Positions 11,086-22,145 of a stretch of 64,000 bases of DNA are shown one piece after another. Source of the DNA: Octopus sinensis (Eukaryota). The DNA lies in assembly GCF_006345805.1 (NCBI RefSeq), contig NC_043004.1:31062001-31126000 (forward strand). Reading direction: 5' to 3'. Each line of letters opens with the position of its first letter. Position 1 is the stretch's first letter. Made by a program: the position numbers and the translations under genes. The notes under the pieces are model-generated. The model searched no databases. It worked only from the letters and a program-made list of their open reading frames with translations, and was not told the origin of the DNA.

Positions 11086-14000
11086 AAATGGTGTATATGT
11101 GTGTGAATGTGTATGTTTGTATTTGTGTCTCCGTGTCCTAACGCTGAGCACTAGTCACAAATAGGTATCACAATCATACAAGCTGTATGATTTGGTTGTA
11201 ATCTTCTGTGACAAATTTCCCAGGCATTGTAGTGTTTGTTGCTTGAATGATAAGGGAAATATTACTTTACTTGAGAACATGTAAGAGTTAGTGATTGGAA
11301 GAGCATCTAGGGATAGAAAATAGATCTCAATAAATTTCGTCTGAACATTAAAATAAGGATATATAAATATTTACATACATACATCATCATCATCATTGTT
11401 CAACGTCCGTTTTCCATGCTAGCATGGGTTGGACGGTTGGACGGTTCAACTGGGCTCTGGAAAGCCAGAAGGCTGCACCAGGCTCCAGTCTGATCTGGCA
11501 ATGTTTCTACGGCTGGATGCCCTTCCTAACGCCAACCACTCCATGCGTGTAGTGGGTGCTTTTTACGTGCCACCGGCACAGGTGCCAGGGGAGGCTGGCA
11601 AACAGCCATGATTGGATGGTGCTTTTTACGTGCCACCGGCACAGGTGCCAGGGGAGGCTGACAAACAGCCATGATTGGATGGTGCTTTTTACGTATCACC
11701 GGCACGGAGACCAGACGAGGCTGGCAACAGCCACGATTGGATGGTGCTTTTTACGTGCCACCGATTATATATATATATACACATACACAAACATACACTC
11801 ACACATGTGTGTAGATGTTTGTGTGTGTGTGTGTGTGAGTATCTGTCTATATATTTGTGTGTAAGTTTGTGTATATGTTTACATGTTTGCGTTTGTGTAT
11901 GCATGTGTGTGTGTTTGTATGTGTTTGTATGTGTGTGGATGTGGATGTGTAAAATAGTAAACTATTCTTCTTTTTTAGGAATGCATTATCATGAATACAC
12001 CAACCTGAACACCACAATACATCTCATTTCTGAGAGATGTGACCTCAATTTATATTTGCTAATTGATACAAATTGTCAAAATATTCATAGCTTGACATGT
12101 AAGATAGCTTGACATATATTCTGTAGTTTGGGACTCGAAAGTACATTACCATTTCATTCCATTTTGTTAATCAAATCACACACACTAAGTGACATACCTG
12201 GACATTGTGAAGATTTACTCACATTCAGAAAGAAACCTAACGACTTTCAATAATTACTAATTACAAAAATAGTTTGTTTGTTTTTATTAATTCTGAAGCA
12301 AAAAGAAAAACAAAAAGTAACCAAAATGAAATACAGTAATCACTCGCCTTATTGCGGTTCACCTATCATGCCCTCAGTACATTACGGATTTTTCTGGCTA
12401 ATATATGTAAATTTATATCGCAGACTCTTCAGTGTATTGCAGGTTTCTGCAGCCAATAGGTATTTATATTCTTTTAGATTTTAATTCTGTGGTAAAATAA
12501 GCATTTTCATGCCTAAAAATTAATTAATTAATAAAAATACAGTACTGCAGCACTGTAAAACACATTAATTAAAATCTATTAAAAGAAAATATGTAGTGTA
12601 CCATAGATGAGTAAACAAAGAACCACACATACTGTATGGAAAACAAAATTCTGGAGGTGAGTGTATGGTGTTTCTTTGCATTTGTGAATAAAATTGTGAA
12701 TTTATTTCAAGCCCTACAATGTCACTCAAATATTCTGCACCTTATAAGGCTTCTGGCCGTGAACCCAAGTGCCAGAGGAAAATGCTTGCTATAGCATTCC
12801 TATAGCAGAGACATGCTTAAAGAAGGGAAAAGGTATGTGAATGTAGGCTGCCAAAAGAACTTCAGAGAATGGCAGAAGATTGGGACCCCCAGAACCAAGA
12901 ACCAAGATCCTGCCATCCTCTGCATGTAATACCAATGATGTGGTGTAGCTTCATCCTGCTTTCAGCTTGTGTGACTGGCTATCCACTTTCACCCAGACTT
13001 TGTTGTGAGGCCTGCATACTTGTCAGGCTCTTCCTGGGAGTCCCTGCGCATCATTACTACTCTGTATTTCACAACCTTTAATTCCTCCACCACAGATGTT
13101 GGAGATGGTGCCATGATAAAATGTATCCAACAAATTCTCATAAATATAGGTTAAGAAGTTCCTTTAGTTTTGTGAAAAATATGACAAAGTGCAGTGCCAT
13201 TATAAAACACACCAATACACCCAGTACACTCTATAAAATTGGTGATGTTCAGAAGGGAAGCCAGCCTTAGAAGCCAAGTCAAAAATGAAACTTATGAGGA
13301 GTATGATGTGGTTCTCTGATCCATCTATAAGAGCAGCATTGACTCATCCAACCCACACCAGCATAGGAAAAGGATGTAAAATGACAACAATGACACTGAT
13401 GCTGCCGTTAATGCCAATGACAACAACAACAAAAATACTGTTGACAACTGGGATGAGATGATATTTATCTCTGATTCTGCTTAGTTGTTCTTTATTTCTA
13501 ATATGTAGAATATTGTGGTCAACTTTTGAAGAAGCTGATTCTTGGAATGGAAAATAAGAGGGGTGTTCATTAAAGATTTCATCTGACACATTTCCCAAGA
13601 ACTGGAATAAACGAAACTTGGCATAATAATTAGTCCTTCTCTACACAGCCACTACCAATGGTGACACACTTCTCCCATTGCTTTATGCAGTTGTGAAAAC
13701 CCCTTCTGTAGAGGTGGGTAGGGTGCATCTGGAGCCAAAAGTTTACCTCGGAAATAAGGTCATCATCATCCACTAAGTGCTTCCCCTTAAAAAAAGATTT
13801 CATTGTTGGAAAAAAGTGAAAGTCAGATGATGCACGGTCAGGAGAGTAAGGGGAATAAGGAAGGGTTTCATAGCTGCAGGCGTGTGCTTTCATCTGGGCA
13901 ACATGCACATTGTGAACTGGGATGTTGTCTTGGAGGTGGTGGACTCCTTTGGTCAGCATGCCACACCTCTCTGCTTTTTATGGCATCCCACAATTTCAGC

Positions 14001-14147
14001 AGCAGAGAAGCATAATATTCCCCATTAATTGTGCTTCCCTTTGCCAGAAAATTCATCGTCACTACTCCACACTGTGAGCATCACCTTGCCTGTTGAGGGT
14101 TGGACACAAGCTTTCTTAGGAGGTAGTGAGTTATCATGCTTCCATTG

Positions 14148-15693
14148 TGTTGTGGTGAGAGTCATTGACACCAGGGACAGATTAAGACTCATCGAGGCCC
14201 TAAGCACATAAAGATTTTGGTACCCCCATAAAAGATTATGTAATTCAAAATATAAACAATAACAGACCATAAAATAATTTTTTACTCTTCAAAATGAAAC
14301 AAAACAAAAGAGGGAAAATAATGTTTATTTTTGTATACTTTTACTTTATTTATATTTGAAAAGTTTCCTCCTACTTTTTTAAATTGCAAAGTCTTTGACC
14401 AGATCCTCAAAATTAATCTTAGGTAACACATTTGCATCTATACTTAGTAGAGATGAAAGCATCCTGAATATTATTTTAACAAGTTTAAAGAGGACTGGGA
14501 GAATGGACTAGCCAAGCTCTTAAAAAGAATAGAGGTTAGCAGTAGTCAAGAGAGCATTTTGGTAGTCTCATGAAGTATGTCATGTTAACACATTGATTAA
14601 ACCTCCACTGCATAATTTATCTATACCCACCTGTGGCAGGATATAAAAGTGGTGAAGCTTGTGTAGGACATTAAAATTTTTTTTGGTACGAAACAAAAGA
14701 AAAAAATCATTAACATGGAAAATTTGTTGGCTCGCTTCGTACAACTGCAACAGGAACAATAACATTTAAGGTCAGGTCACTCTTGGGCGGTACTGGTAAG
14801 GTGTAACTCAGTACAACCTGTCACACAAGGTCAGGTTGCTCTTGGGCGCTAGTGGTAAGGTGTAACCCAGTACAACGTGTCACACAAGGTCAGGTCACTC
14901 TTGGGCACTACTGGTAACATGTAACTCAGTACAACCTGTTGCATGCACGGGGACATTGAGAAATTGGTGAAAGCTGGTAGCGGTTGCATGCTTGGCAGCC
15001 AAAGTACCACCAGTAAAATACCTTATCATGTCCTATGAAAAGGCATCAAGTTGGCAGAAGTTGTTGAAGAGTTTTGCTAGAGGCCAGTAAGAGTCGATAT
15101 ATTAGTTCCACATTGAACTCACACTGAACACATAAGTTTCCATAATGGTAGTTGTTCGAATTACTGTGTGTTGGTCCCATTGCTAGAATGTGGTAAGGGT
15201 TTGATTCCTCTGCTCACAATATATCAGATGCAGCTGTGCAGTGTTAACCAACTAGAGGAGATGTCTTCTTGGGGTTAAAAAAATCACACTTAAGTCCATT
15301 CAAGTGAAAAACAAGAGTGCTAACAACAGTATTTAGTACAACGAAAAAGAGTGCTGTGAGCAAAAAAAACAACAATACTACCTAAGAGTTGGGTAACAAT
15401 TGTGTTACAACATCTGGCAATGAGTTGTCAATATATAAAAGTGATGATGCAAAAACAAATAAAAATAATATTAACTTCCGATGGAAGTCAATCTCAAAGG
15501 GGTGATGTTGTGGTGAGAGTCACTGCCATCCCTGGGGGGTTGGGAGAATGGACTAGCCAAACTCTTATAAAGAACAGAGGTCAGTAGTAGTCTAGAGAGC
15601 ATTTTAGTAGTCTCACGAAGTGTGCCATGGGAACATGTTGATTAAACCTCCACTGCATAATTTATCTATACCTACTTGTGGCAAGATATAAAA
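14148..15693 (+). mobile_element. Non-autonomous LTR retroelement (TRIM-like)
   Basis: Direct repeats at 14148-14648 (interrupted) and 15506-15693 (188 bp). 5-bp TSD cattg at 14143-14147 and 15694-15698; purine tract aaaggggtga at 15496-15505; no internal ORF. Confidence 0.75.
14172..14495. mobile_element. Secondary insertion inside the 5' LTR (possible hAT-type MITE fragment)
   Basis: About 320 bp that is absent from the 3' LTR. It begins cagggacagattaag, resembling hAT-MITE ends; no matching right TIR was seen. Confidence 0.4.
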
Positions 15694-18076
15694 CATTGCT
15701 TTGACTGGACTTTCATCTCAGGATCATAGTGATGGATCCATGTTTCATCCTGCATGATAAGTCTGCTGGAAAAGTCCTCCTCATTTTCTTGGTACATTGC
15801 CAAGAGTCTGGGAGCAATTGGCTCCTTCCTGCTTCTGTAAAGGTGTGAGCATCTGAGGAATCCATTGTCCAATCAACTTCCACATGTGCAAATGGTCATG
15901 AATGATTATTTACACAGACCCTACACTTACCTTCACTTCTTAGGCTAGTTGCTGAATAGTTATGTGGCAATCCTCCAAAATGGCAGCTTCCATTTTATGG
16001 ATGGTGTTGTCATCAAATGCAGAATGTGGTCATCCAGGAATAGGAGCAGTTTCCACCAATGTCCAACCACATTTGAACTGGCGATGCCAGTGCTTGACTA
16101 CATCGTATGATAATGCATCATCACCATAAACTTATTTCATCTCATCAAAAGTCTCTTTTAGGATGCGACCTTTCAAGTATAAGAACCTGATCACTGGTCT
16201 GCATTCAACTGCCTCCATTATGACACCTTAGTCCACTTCAGCAGCTGTAAAAGACAGATGAATACTAGTGGAAAGCAGCAATTTACAATGTGACATGTAG
16301 AGACATGTATGATTAAACATGTACAAGTTCTGTTTCCTGCAATAACCAGAAGTGGGTCAGAGGAAATCTTTAATGAACACCCCTCATAAATGTTGGTAAA
16401 TCACTTCTAAATACATTACACAATGCATTGTGTAGCATCTGATCTCTTAGAGTTATTAATGAAACATATTTTAGGAACGTTAGAAGTAACAGTGAATGCA
16501 CATATCAACTAGGAATTCACCCCTTAAAGTGATTGGGGAACATATTTAAGAATATGTGAAGTAACAGTAACCCCACATATAGCCTAGCAATTAACCTTAC
16601 AGTAAGTATTCTTCAATGGTAGCCATTGTTGGCTATCAAGTCTTCTCAGTTTTATTTTGTTTATTTACTTACCTTTCCTGTTATTGTAATTAGTTGTTAC
16701 CTCTAAAAAGTAGCTACCCCACCCTTGTGTTCAAGTTTATATTTTTAATGATGATATGAAGCAATTAAACAAGAGAAAGAAAAATATTTATGAATTGATT
16801 GAAATGGCCCTTTATTTTCATTGTTAAAATTAAAGATACAACCTCTTCAAGATGAATCGCAGTACTGATATCCTTTCTGTAGGTAGTTAAATTCATCTTT
16901 TGTTGACTGCTAGAAGATTATAGGAAAAACGAGTGACAGAAAGAGTAAGAGAGTTGACCTCTCTGAGCTGAAAAATAGATGCACTTCATCTAGGCAAACC
17001 AGTTCGGAGTTCTGTATTTATATTTTCCTCTAGCCAAATCAGGTCAGGCAAGACATAAGATTTTCCATCTATCTGCCTGAACCCTATTTAACCTAAGAAT
17101 GTTAACTTAAGCAATGGACCTTAATTAAGTGTGGCAGTTGACTCTCATAAATTTCTAAGTATAACAGCAAGAGAACAATAAGAAGAGAATGAGTAAAAAA
17201 ATGTAGATTCAATTTGAATTCTGGTTCAGAATCCAAGAAGCTAATCGTACATATTTATCTTCCTCAAGTAGGCTTTATGGCACCTCTATGACAGAATGAT
17301 TATTAACCTGTTTCATTTTAGCAGAGGCAGTAGTTGAGATATTGTTGGTTCTCCATGATCCAGAGAAATTACTGTATTTACTTGTCTACTTCTCTAGGTT
17401 ATATATTTGTGTACACAACAGCTTCAATAACAAAAATCAAGCCTACAAGGTTGTCTGAGAATACAAAATTTCATTGTTATCATACCAGTTGCTTCAATAA
17501 ATGCCAAACCATGTGAGTGCATATTGCATATCAGCACAACTATCTTGATTAAATTACTATAGTTTTCTATGTATGAAACCTGAAGCAGGTAAGGTTATTC
17601 TAGGTCTGGTTTTTTTTATCCTGCTGTCTGTTCAGGGTCAGTGGGCTGGAGAGCATGGTAAACTGAAATACATGGGGAGGAGTGGCTGACGATGGGTTAA
17701 TAAAGGTAATTGAGAGAAATGGTGGTGAGAGGGGATGATGATGCAATTTGGAAGAAAAAGCATTGAAAAACAAGGAAAAATAGAGGTGGGGGTTGAAGGT
17801 CAAGAGAAAAGGAAGAAAAGAGAGGAAGTGTTTTATTAGCAGTGAATATCTGTCACTCACTATAATTGTGATTAAGAAACAAGCATAAAATAACTACAAA
17901 CTGGTGAAAAGAGAAAGCATTCAGTGTATATTTCTTGCTCTCAAATGAAGTTGTTGAATCTATAGAAGTTAATAGTGACCAAGGACAGTTTTGTGTATGA
18001 GAAACAGTTGTGAGAGACGGGAGAAAGCAGAATCTTTACTGCAAATACCAAACACCAGAAGGGGCCACATGGCGAG

Positions 18077-18079
<3 letters not shown>

Positions 18080-18108
<29 letters not shown>

Positions 18109-18585
18109 CCACCACCACCATCATCATCATTTAACATCTGTTTTTCATGCTGGCATAGGTTAGATAGTTTGACTGGAGCTGGCCAGCCAGGGTTCTGTCC
18201 AGATGCCCAATTGTCTGTTGTGGCATGGTTTTACAGTTGGATGCCCTTCCTAATGCCAATCATTTTACAGAGTGTTCTGAATGTATTTTATGTGCCATTG
18301 TCACAAGTGTGTTTATGCAGCACCAGCACAAATGCATTTTACGTAGGACCAACACTTGTAAAGGACAAGCATGTATGTAGGGATAACCATGATTTTTCTT
18401 AGCTTGAAGCATCTTCTCAAGTACAGTAAATCGCCACAATTCCTGGTTTCTTGTCATTTCCTCTGTGAGGCCCAGCATCTGATGAACCTTTCTCATCACT
18501 TCTTCCCACATCTTCCTGGGTCCACCCCTTCTACAGGTTCTCTCCACAATTAGAACTCGGCATTTCTTTACACAGCTGACAAGGC
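18080..18585 (-). mobile_element. RTE LINE 3' end (C-terminal coding sequence, 3' UTR and (GAT)n tail)
   Basis: ERTCRRGGPRKMWEEVMRKVHQMLGLTEEMTRNQELWRFTVLEK followed by the common 3' UTR and tail. Confidence 0.8.
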
Positions 18586-19418
18586 CAAATTCAATATTTT
18601 GATGGCAGACCTCGTCAGAATAATGTGAAATGTGTCCTGCATGTGTGAACCTACAGAGTTAAAGAGACACATACAACATTTCGTTCACCGCATGCAGTTC
18701 TCAGGTTACAGCCATAAAGAAAGGATCAGAGTACACAAAGGAGCCATGAAAAAATTTGATACTATCTTATGCAATGATAGGAATGGGATTTGTCATGGGA
18801 TTTGTCATGGAACACTATTGAAAGGACAAAGAAGAAAATAGGGAAGGCCAACTCTTGGTATGATAGCCACAAATACCAGAGTGTCATGTTCGTCGACACC
18901 ACCACTAGAGGTGAACTGGCGTACCGCTTTAGAAGGACCCTAGACAAACTTAAGCTAAGGATTAAGGTTGTTGAAAGGCCAGGCAACCCTATCAAATCCA
19001 TAATCAGTAGAACCTACTCTTTTAGTAGAACCCTTGTACGGATAGGAACTGTACTGTGTGTAGATTTAGCCCACAAACAAACTGTAAAGCCAAAAATGTA
19101 GTCTATAGTATAAGATGTATAGAGGGACGATGCAGTAACAAGACAACGATATACGTAGGGGAAACAGCATGGAGCATAGGAGAGTGGGTAAATGAATATT
19201 GGAGAGAACTTAAAGAAGGAAAGAGCTCATCGATTCTGTACCAACACGCCGAGCAGGAACACAGGGTCTCAATCAACAACATAGAAGTTAAAATCTTGTC
19301 CACACATAGAACAGACGCAACAATCAAACAAATTACGGAAGCTACACACATAATAGAAGATAAACCTAGCCTGAATAGCAAACTGGAATGGAACACTAGC
19401 ACACACCACAGCATATGA
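18575..19418 (+). mobile_element. Penelope-like element 3' fragment (RT thumb, Cys-rich linker, GIY-YIG endonuclease), frameshifted; Neptune-like
   Basis: HRMQFSGY; SVMFVDTTTRGELA...IKVVERPG; linker PCTDRNCTVCRFSPQTNC; NVVYSIRC...IYVGET...HAEQEH...EATHI...PSLNSKLEW. Two frameshifts and one in-frame TGA. Confidence 0.88.
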
Positions 19419-19578
19419 CAGAAGAAGATCCCCATAAACTGGTTACAATATAAACAAAACTGAAAACATAATAAAATAAAATACACAGATAAATAAACAA
19501 ATGGAAGTAAATAACTATATACATTTTTTTATTACTATTATTATTATTATTATACATACATACATAATAATAATAATG

Positions 19579-19620
<42 letters not shown>

Positions 19621-19835
19621 AGGTGTAAACACATGAACAGAATAAAAATAAATAAACAAAAACAAAAACAAACTACACGAACGTATATAAACAGGAGATA
19701 TAAATATTACAGGCACTTCCACACACATAGAGATATACGCATGCGCAAATGAAGACACATACAATAGAAATACAAAATACAAAATGGCTGACCATTAGTG
19801 AGGAGAGACACACAAATAAAAAAGAAGAAAGCAAA

Positions 19836-19880
19836 GGACCACTGATGCAGTCACAGGAGTGTGACGAAAGAACTCTGGCC
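19836..19880 (+). ncRNA. Type I hammerhead ribozyme motif downstream of the Penelope ORF
   Basis: ggacca CUGAUGcA gucaca ggag ugugac GAAA g aa c UC uggcc. Perfect 6-bp stem II, stem I cca/ugg (extendable past one mismatch) and one non-canonical core base. Confidence 0.65.
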
Positions 19881-20041
19881 GAAATAAGATTAAGATTAAT
19901 GTAAAAAATAAATAACGCTGAAGCAAAGTAACACCAAATATATAGTTTGTGTGTTTTTGTTGGCTAAACTGGCAAAATGATCATTCCTAAATACAACAAT
20001 ATCTGTTTCAACACACGATTTCACATAAAAAAATCTTGCAA

Positions 20042-20107
<66 letters not shown>

Positions 20108-20154
20108 CATATATGTATATGTGTGTGTGTGTGTGTATGTATATATATGTATCA

Positions 20155-20340
20155 ATCGCCATAATAGATCGTTAGCCACTACACACATTTTTTCTCTCCT
20201 TGTTTTTTCTGTGTCCCTTTCTGTAGAAGAGCATAGACTCAAAACGTAAAAGACTTTTTCTATTCCTGAGTGTTATACTAATACATCTGTTTGTTTTGTA
20301 CACTACCTGTCTTCGTCTTTTGTTTTTTTCGTAAACTCTC
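20155..20340 (+). mobile_element. Short pyrimidine-rich non-autonomous repeat carrying a decayed hammerhead motif (20217-20252)
   Basis: cttt CUGuAGA a GAGC auag aCUC aAAA CG UA aaag has the same architecture as the 24-58 motif with three substitutions. Confidence 0.55.
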
Positions 20341-21381
20341 CCTATATATATATATATATATATACATACATACATACATACATACATACATACATACATA
20401 CATGCATACATGCATACATGCATGCATGCATGCATATATATGTGTATTTATATATATGTATGTATATATGTATGTATGTTGATGATGATGATGACGACGA
20501 CGATGACAATGACGACTAAAACTTTGATGATAAAGATGAAAACAATGATGATCCTGATGATGAAGACAAAGGCAATTGTTGACAAAATAAACAATGAAAT
20601 AATGTTCACTTAATTTATTTCTCGACAAAACACAAAAATAACTATTGAGAAATCACCACAACTGTCACTGTCATTATTATCATTATGAAATACAAGAATA
20701 TTTATTGTGAAATACTTGTTATTTCACAATAATTAAATTACTATTTAATTATTACTATTTCTCTTAAGGCATTTCCTAGTAATAAGTACCATGGTCGTTG
20801 CACATCACTAACTATTTAATTTTTTTGTGAAGTACTTGTTATCGTAAAACAACAACAAGAAATATTTCACAAATAGTTATTGTGAAATAAAAAGAAAAAG
20901 AGTTATTATGAAATACTTACAATAATAATACTGTGATAGGTTTCCAGAGTCGCTTAGCAACGTCTTTAGTTGGTTGGAGGTAGGGCTCGCAAAAAACCGA
21001 TAATTCCCAAAACCAAGTTCAAGTATAAGTAATTCTCAAAACCAGTTTTCGCAGGTACTACTTAAGAAGAGTGGTCCCGGTGTGCACACTTGCGCATCCG
21101 CGCTAGCTAGTCGATCCTTACTTTGTGTTTTTCTGTTTTATTTACTTTGTTTAAAAAGATTATTTACTTTGTAAAGGATCTTTTCCTTTTGAACGGCACT
21201 TTGTAACATAATTTCTAGGTAACTAAAATGTTTTAAATTTCGTATACTGGTAGAATGTGTTTATAAAACGTCATTTTCTCATGGCTTTATTGAGAAAATT
21301 CTATAGTTTGTAAGACATTTCGTCTGAAATTTCGAGCATTTCGGCAATTTTAACCAATCGATTACCTCCATTTAGGTAAAT

Positions 21382-21780
21382 AACATTCTGTGCATAATGA
21401 ATATATCCCACCTTTAAGAAACAGATTGGATTTATTTACATTTGTGAAGAAAAAAAGATACCTTCCCCCACCCCTAACCCGAACTAACCCTAAATCTAAA
21501 ATAGATTGAAATGCAATAGATCGATACTGGGGTTATAATTATGGGTGATAACTTCATACGACACCGCTACAGAAAATGAGACTTTTTTCTAGCGGTGTCA
21601 AATGAAAATGTCATCCATAATTATGGCCCTAGTATCGATCTATTGCATTTCAATCTATTTTAGAGTTAGGGTTAGTGTTAGGGTTAGGGGTTGGGGAAAG
21701 GTATCTTTTTTTCTTCACAAATGTAAATAAACCCAATTTGTTTCTTAAAGGAGGGACATATTCATTATGCACAGAATGTT
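21382..21780. repeat. 399-bp foldback palindrome containing telomere-like CCCTAA/TTAGGG repeats
   Basis: Arms of about 195 bp around a loop of about 8 nt (21577-21584); ccctaacc tracts in the left arm and ttaggg tracts in the right arm. Confidence 0.9.
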
Positions 21781-21993
21781 TGTGTGTCTGTGTTTGTCAC
21801 CCCAACATCGCTTGACAACTGATGCTGGTGTGTTTATGTCTCCGTAACTTAGCGGTTTGGCAAAAGAGACTAATAGAATAAGTACTAGCCTTACAAACAA
21901 TAAGTCCTGGGGCTGATTTACTCGACTAAAGGTGGTGCTCCAGCATGGCCACAGTCAAATGACTGAAAGAAGTAAAAGAGAGAGAGTAAAGAG

Positions 21994-21995
<2 letters not shown>
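21781..21995 (+). mobile_element. CORE-type SINE 3' half
   Basis: Matches the post-microsatellite half of the 6352-6733 family. Confidence 0.85.
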
Positions 21996-22029
<34 letters not shown>

Positions 22030-22031
<2 letters not shown>

Positions 22032-22145
22032 CGGCCATACACGTTGAAAGCACCGGTTCTCGTCTGATCACCGGAGTTAAGCAACGTCGAGCCTAGTCAG
22101 TACTTAGATGGGTGACCGCTTGGGAAACCTAGGTGCAGTAAGCAT
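22030..22145 (+). pseudogene. 5S rRNA: Dispersed 5S rRNA copy, probably a pseudogene or SINE head
   Basis: tacggccatacacgttgaaagcaccggttctcgtctgatcaccggagttaagcaacgtcgagcctagtcagtacttagatgggtgaccgcttgggaaacctaggtgcagtaagcat is a mollusc-type 5S with A-box and C-box regions. About 3 nt are missing at the 5' end, helix I has a mismatch, and no oligo-dT terminator follows. Confidence 0.92.

Larger units (their letters stand above)
13557..16386 (-). mobile_element. Full-length defective mariner (DD34D-type) interrupted by a 1546-bp insertion
   Basis: 31-bp TIRs (13557-13587 and 16356-16386, 29/31 identical) are flanked by TA. Transposase ATG at 16218 (MEAVECRPVIRFLYLKG); motifs QDETWIHHYDPE, LQDNIPVH and YSPYSPDRASSDFHFFP. 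Length without the insert is 1279 bp. Confidence 0.9.

Noticed and set aside
14650-14665. Primer-binding site of the LTR element
   Set aside because: It starts with TGG, but I could not match tggtgaagcttg to a known tRNA 3' end, so it is not annotated as a PBS.
14768-14939. CRISPR-like array or twister/pistol ribozyme
   Set aside because: The units are contiguous with no unique spacers, the context is eukaryotic, and the ribozyme consensus motifs are not matched.
18624-18626. In-frame TGA in the Penelope ORF as a possible selenocysteine codon (as in Naiad elements)
   Set aside because: The context RIM*NVS does not correspond to a conserved Cys. A CGA-to-TGA decay is simpler, the copy is also frameshifted, and no SECIS was identified.
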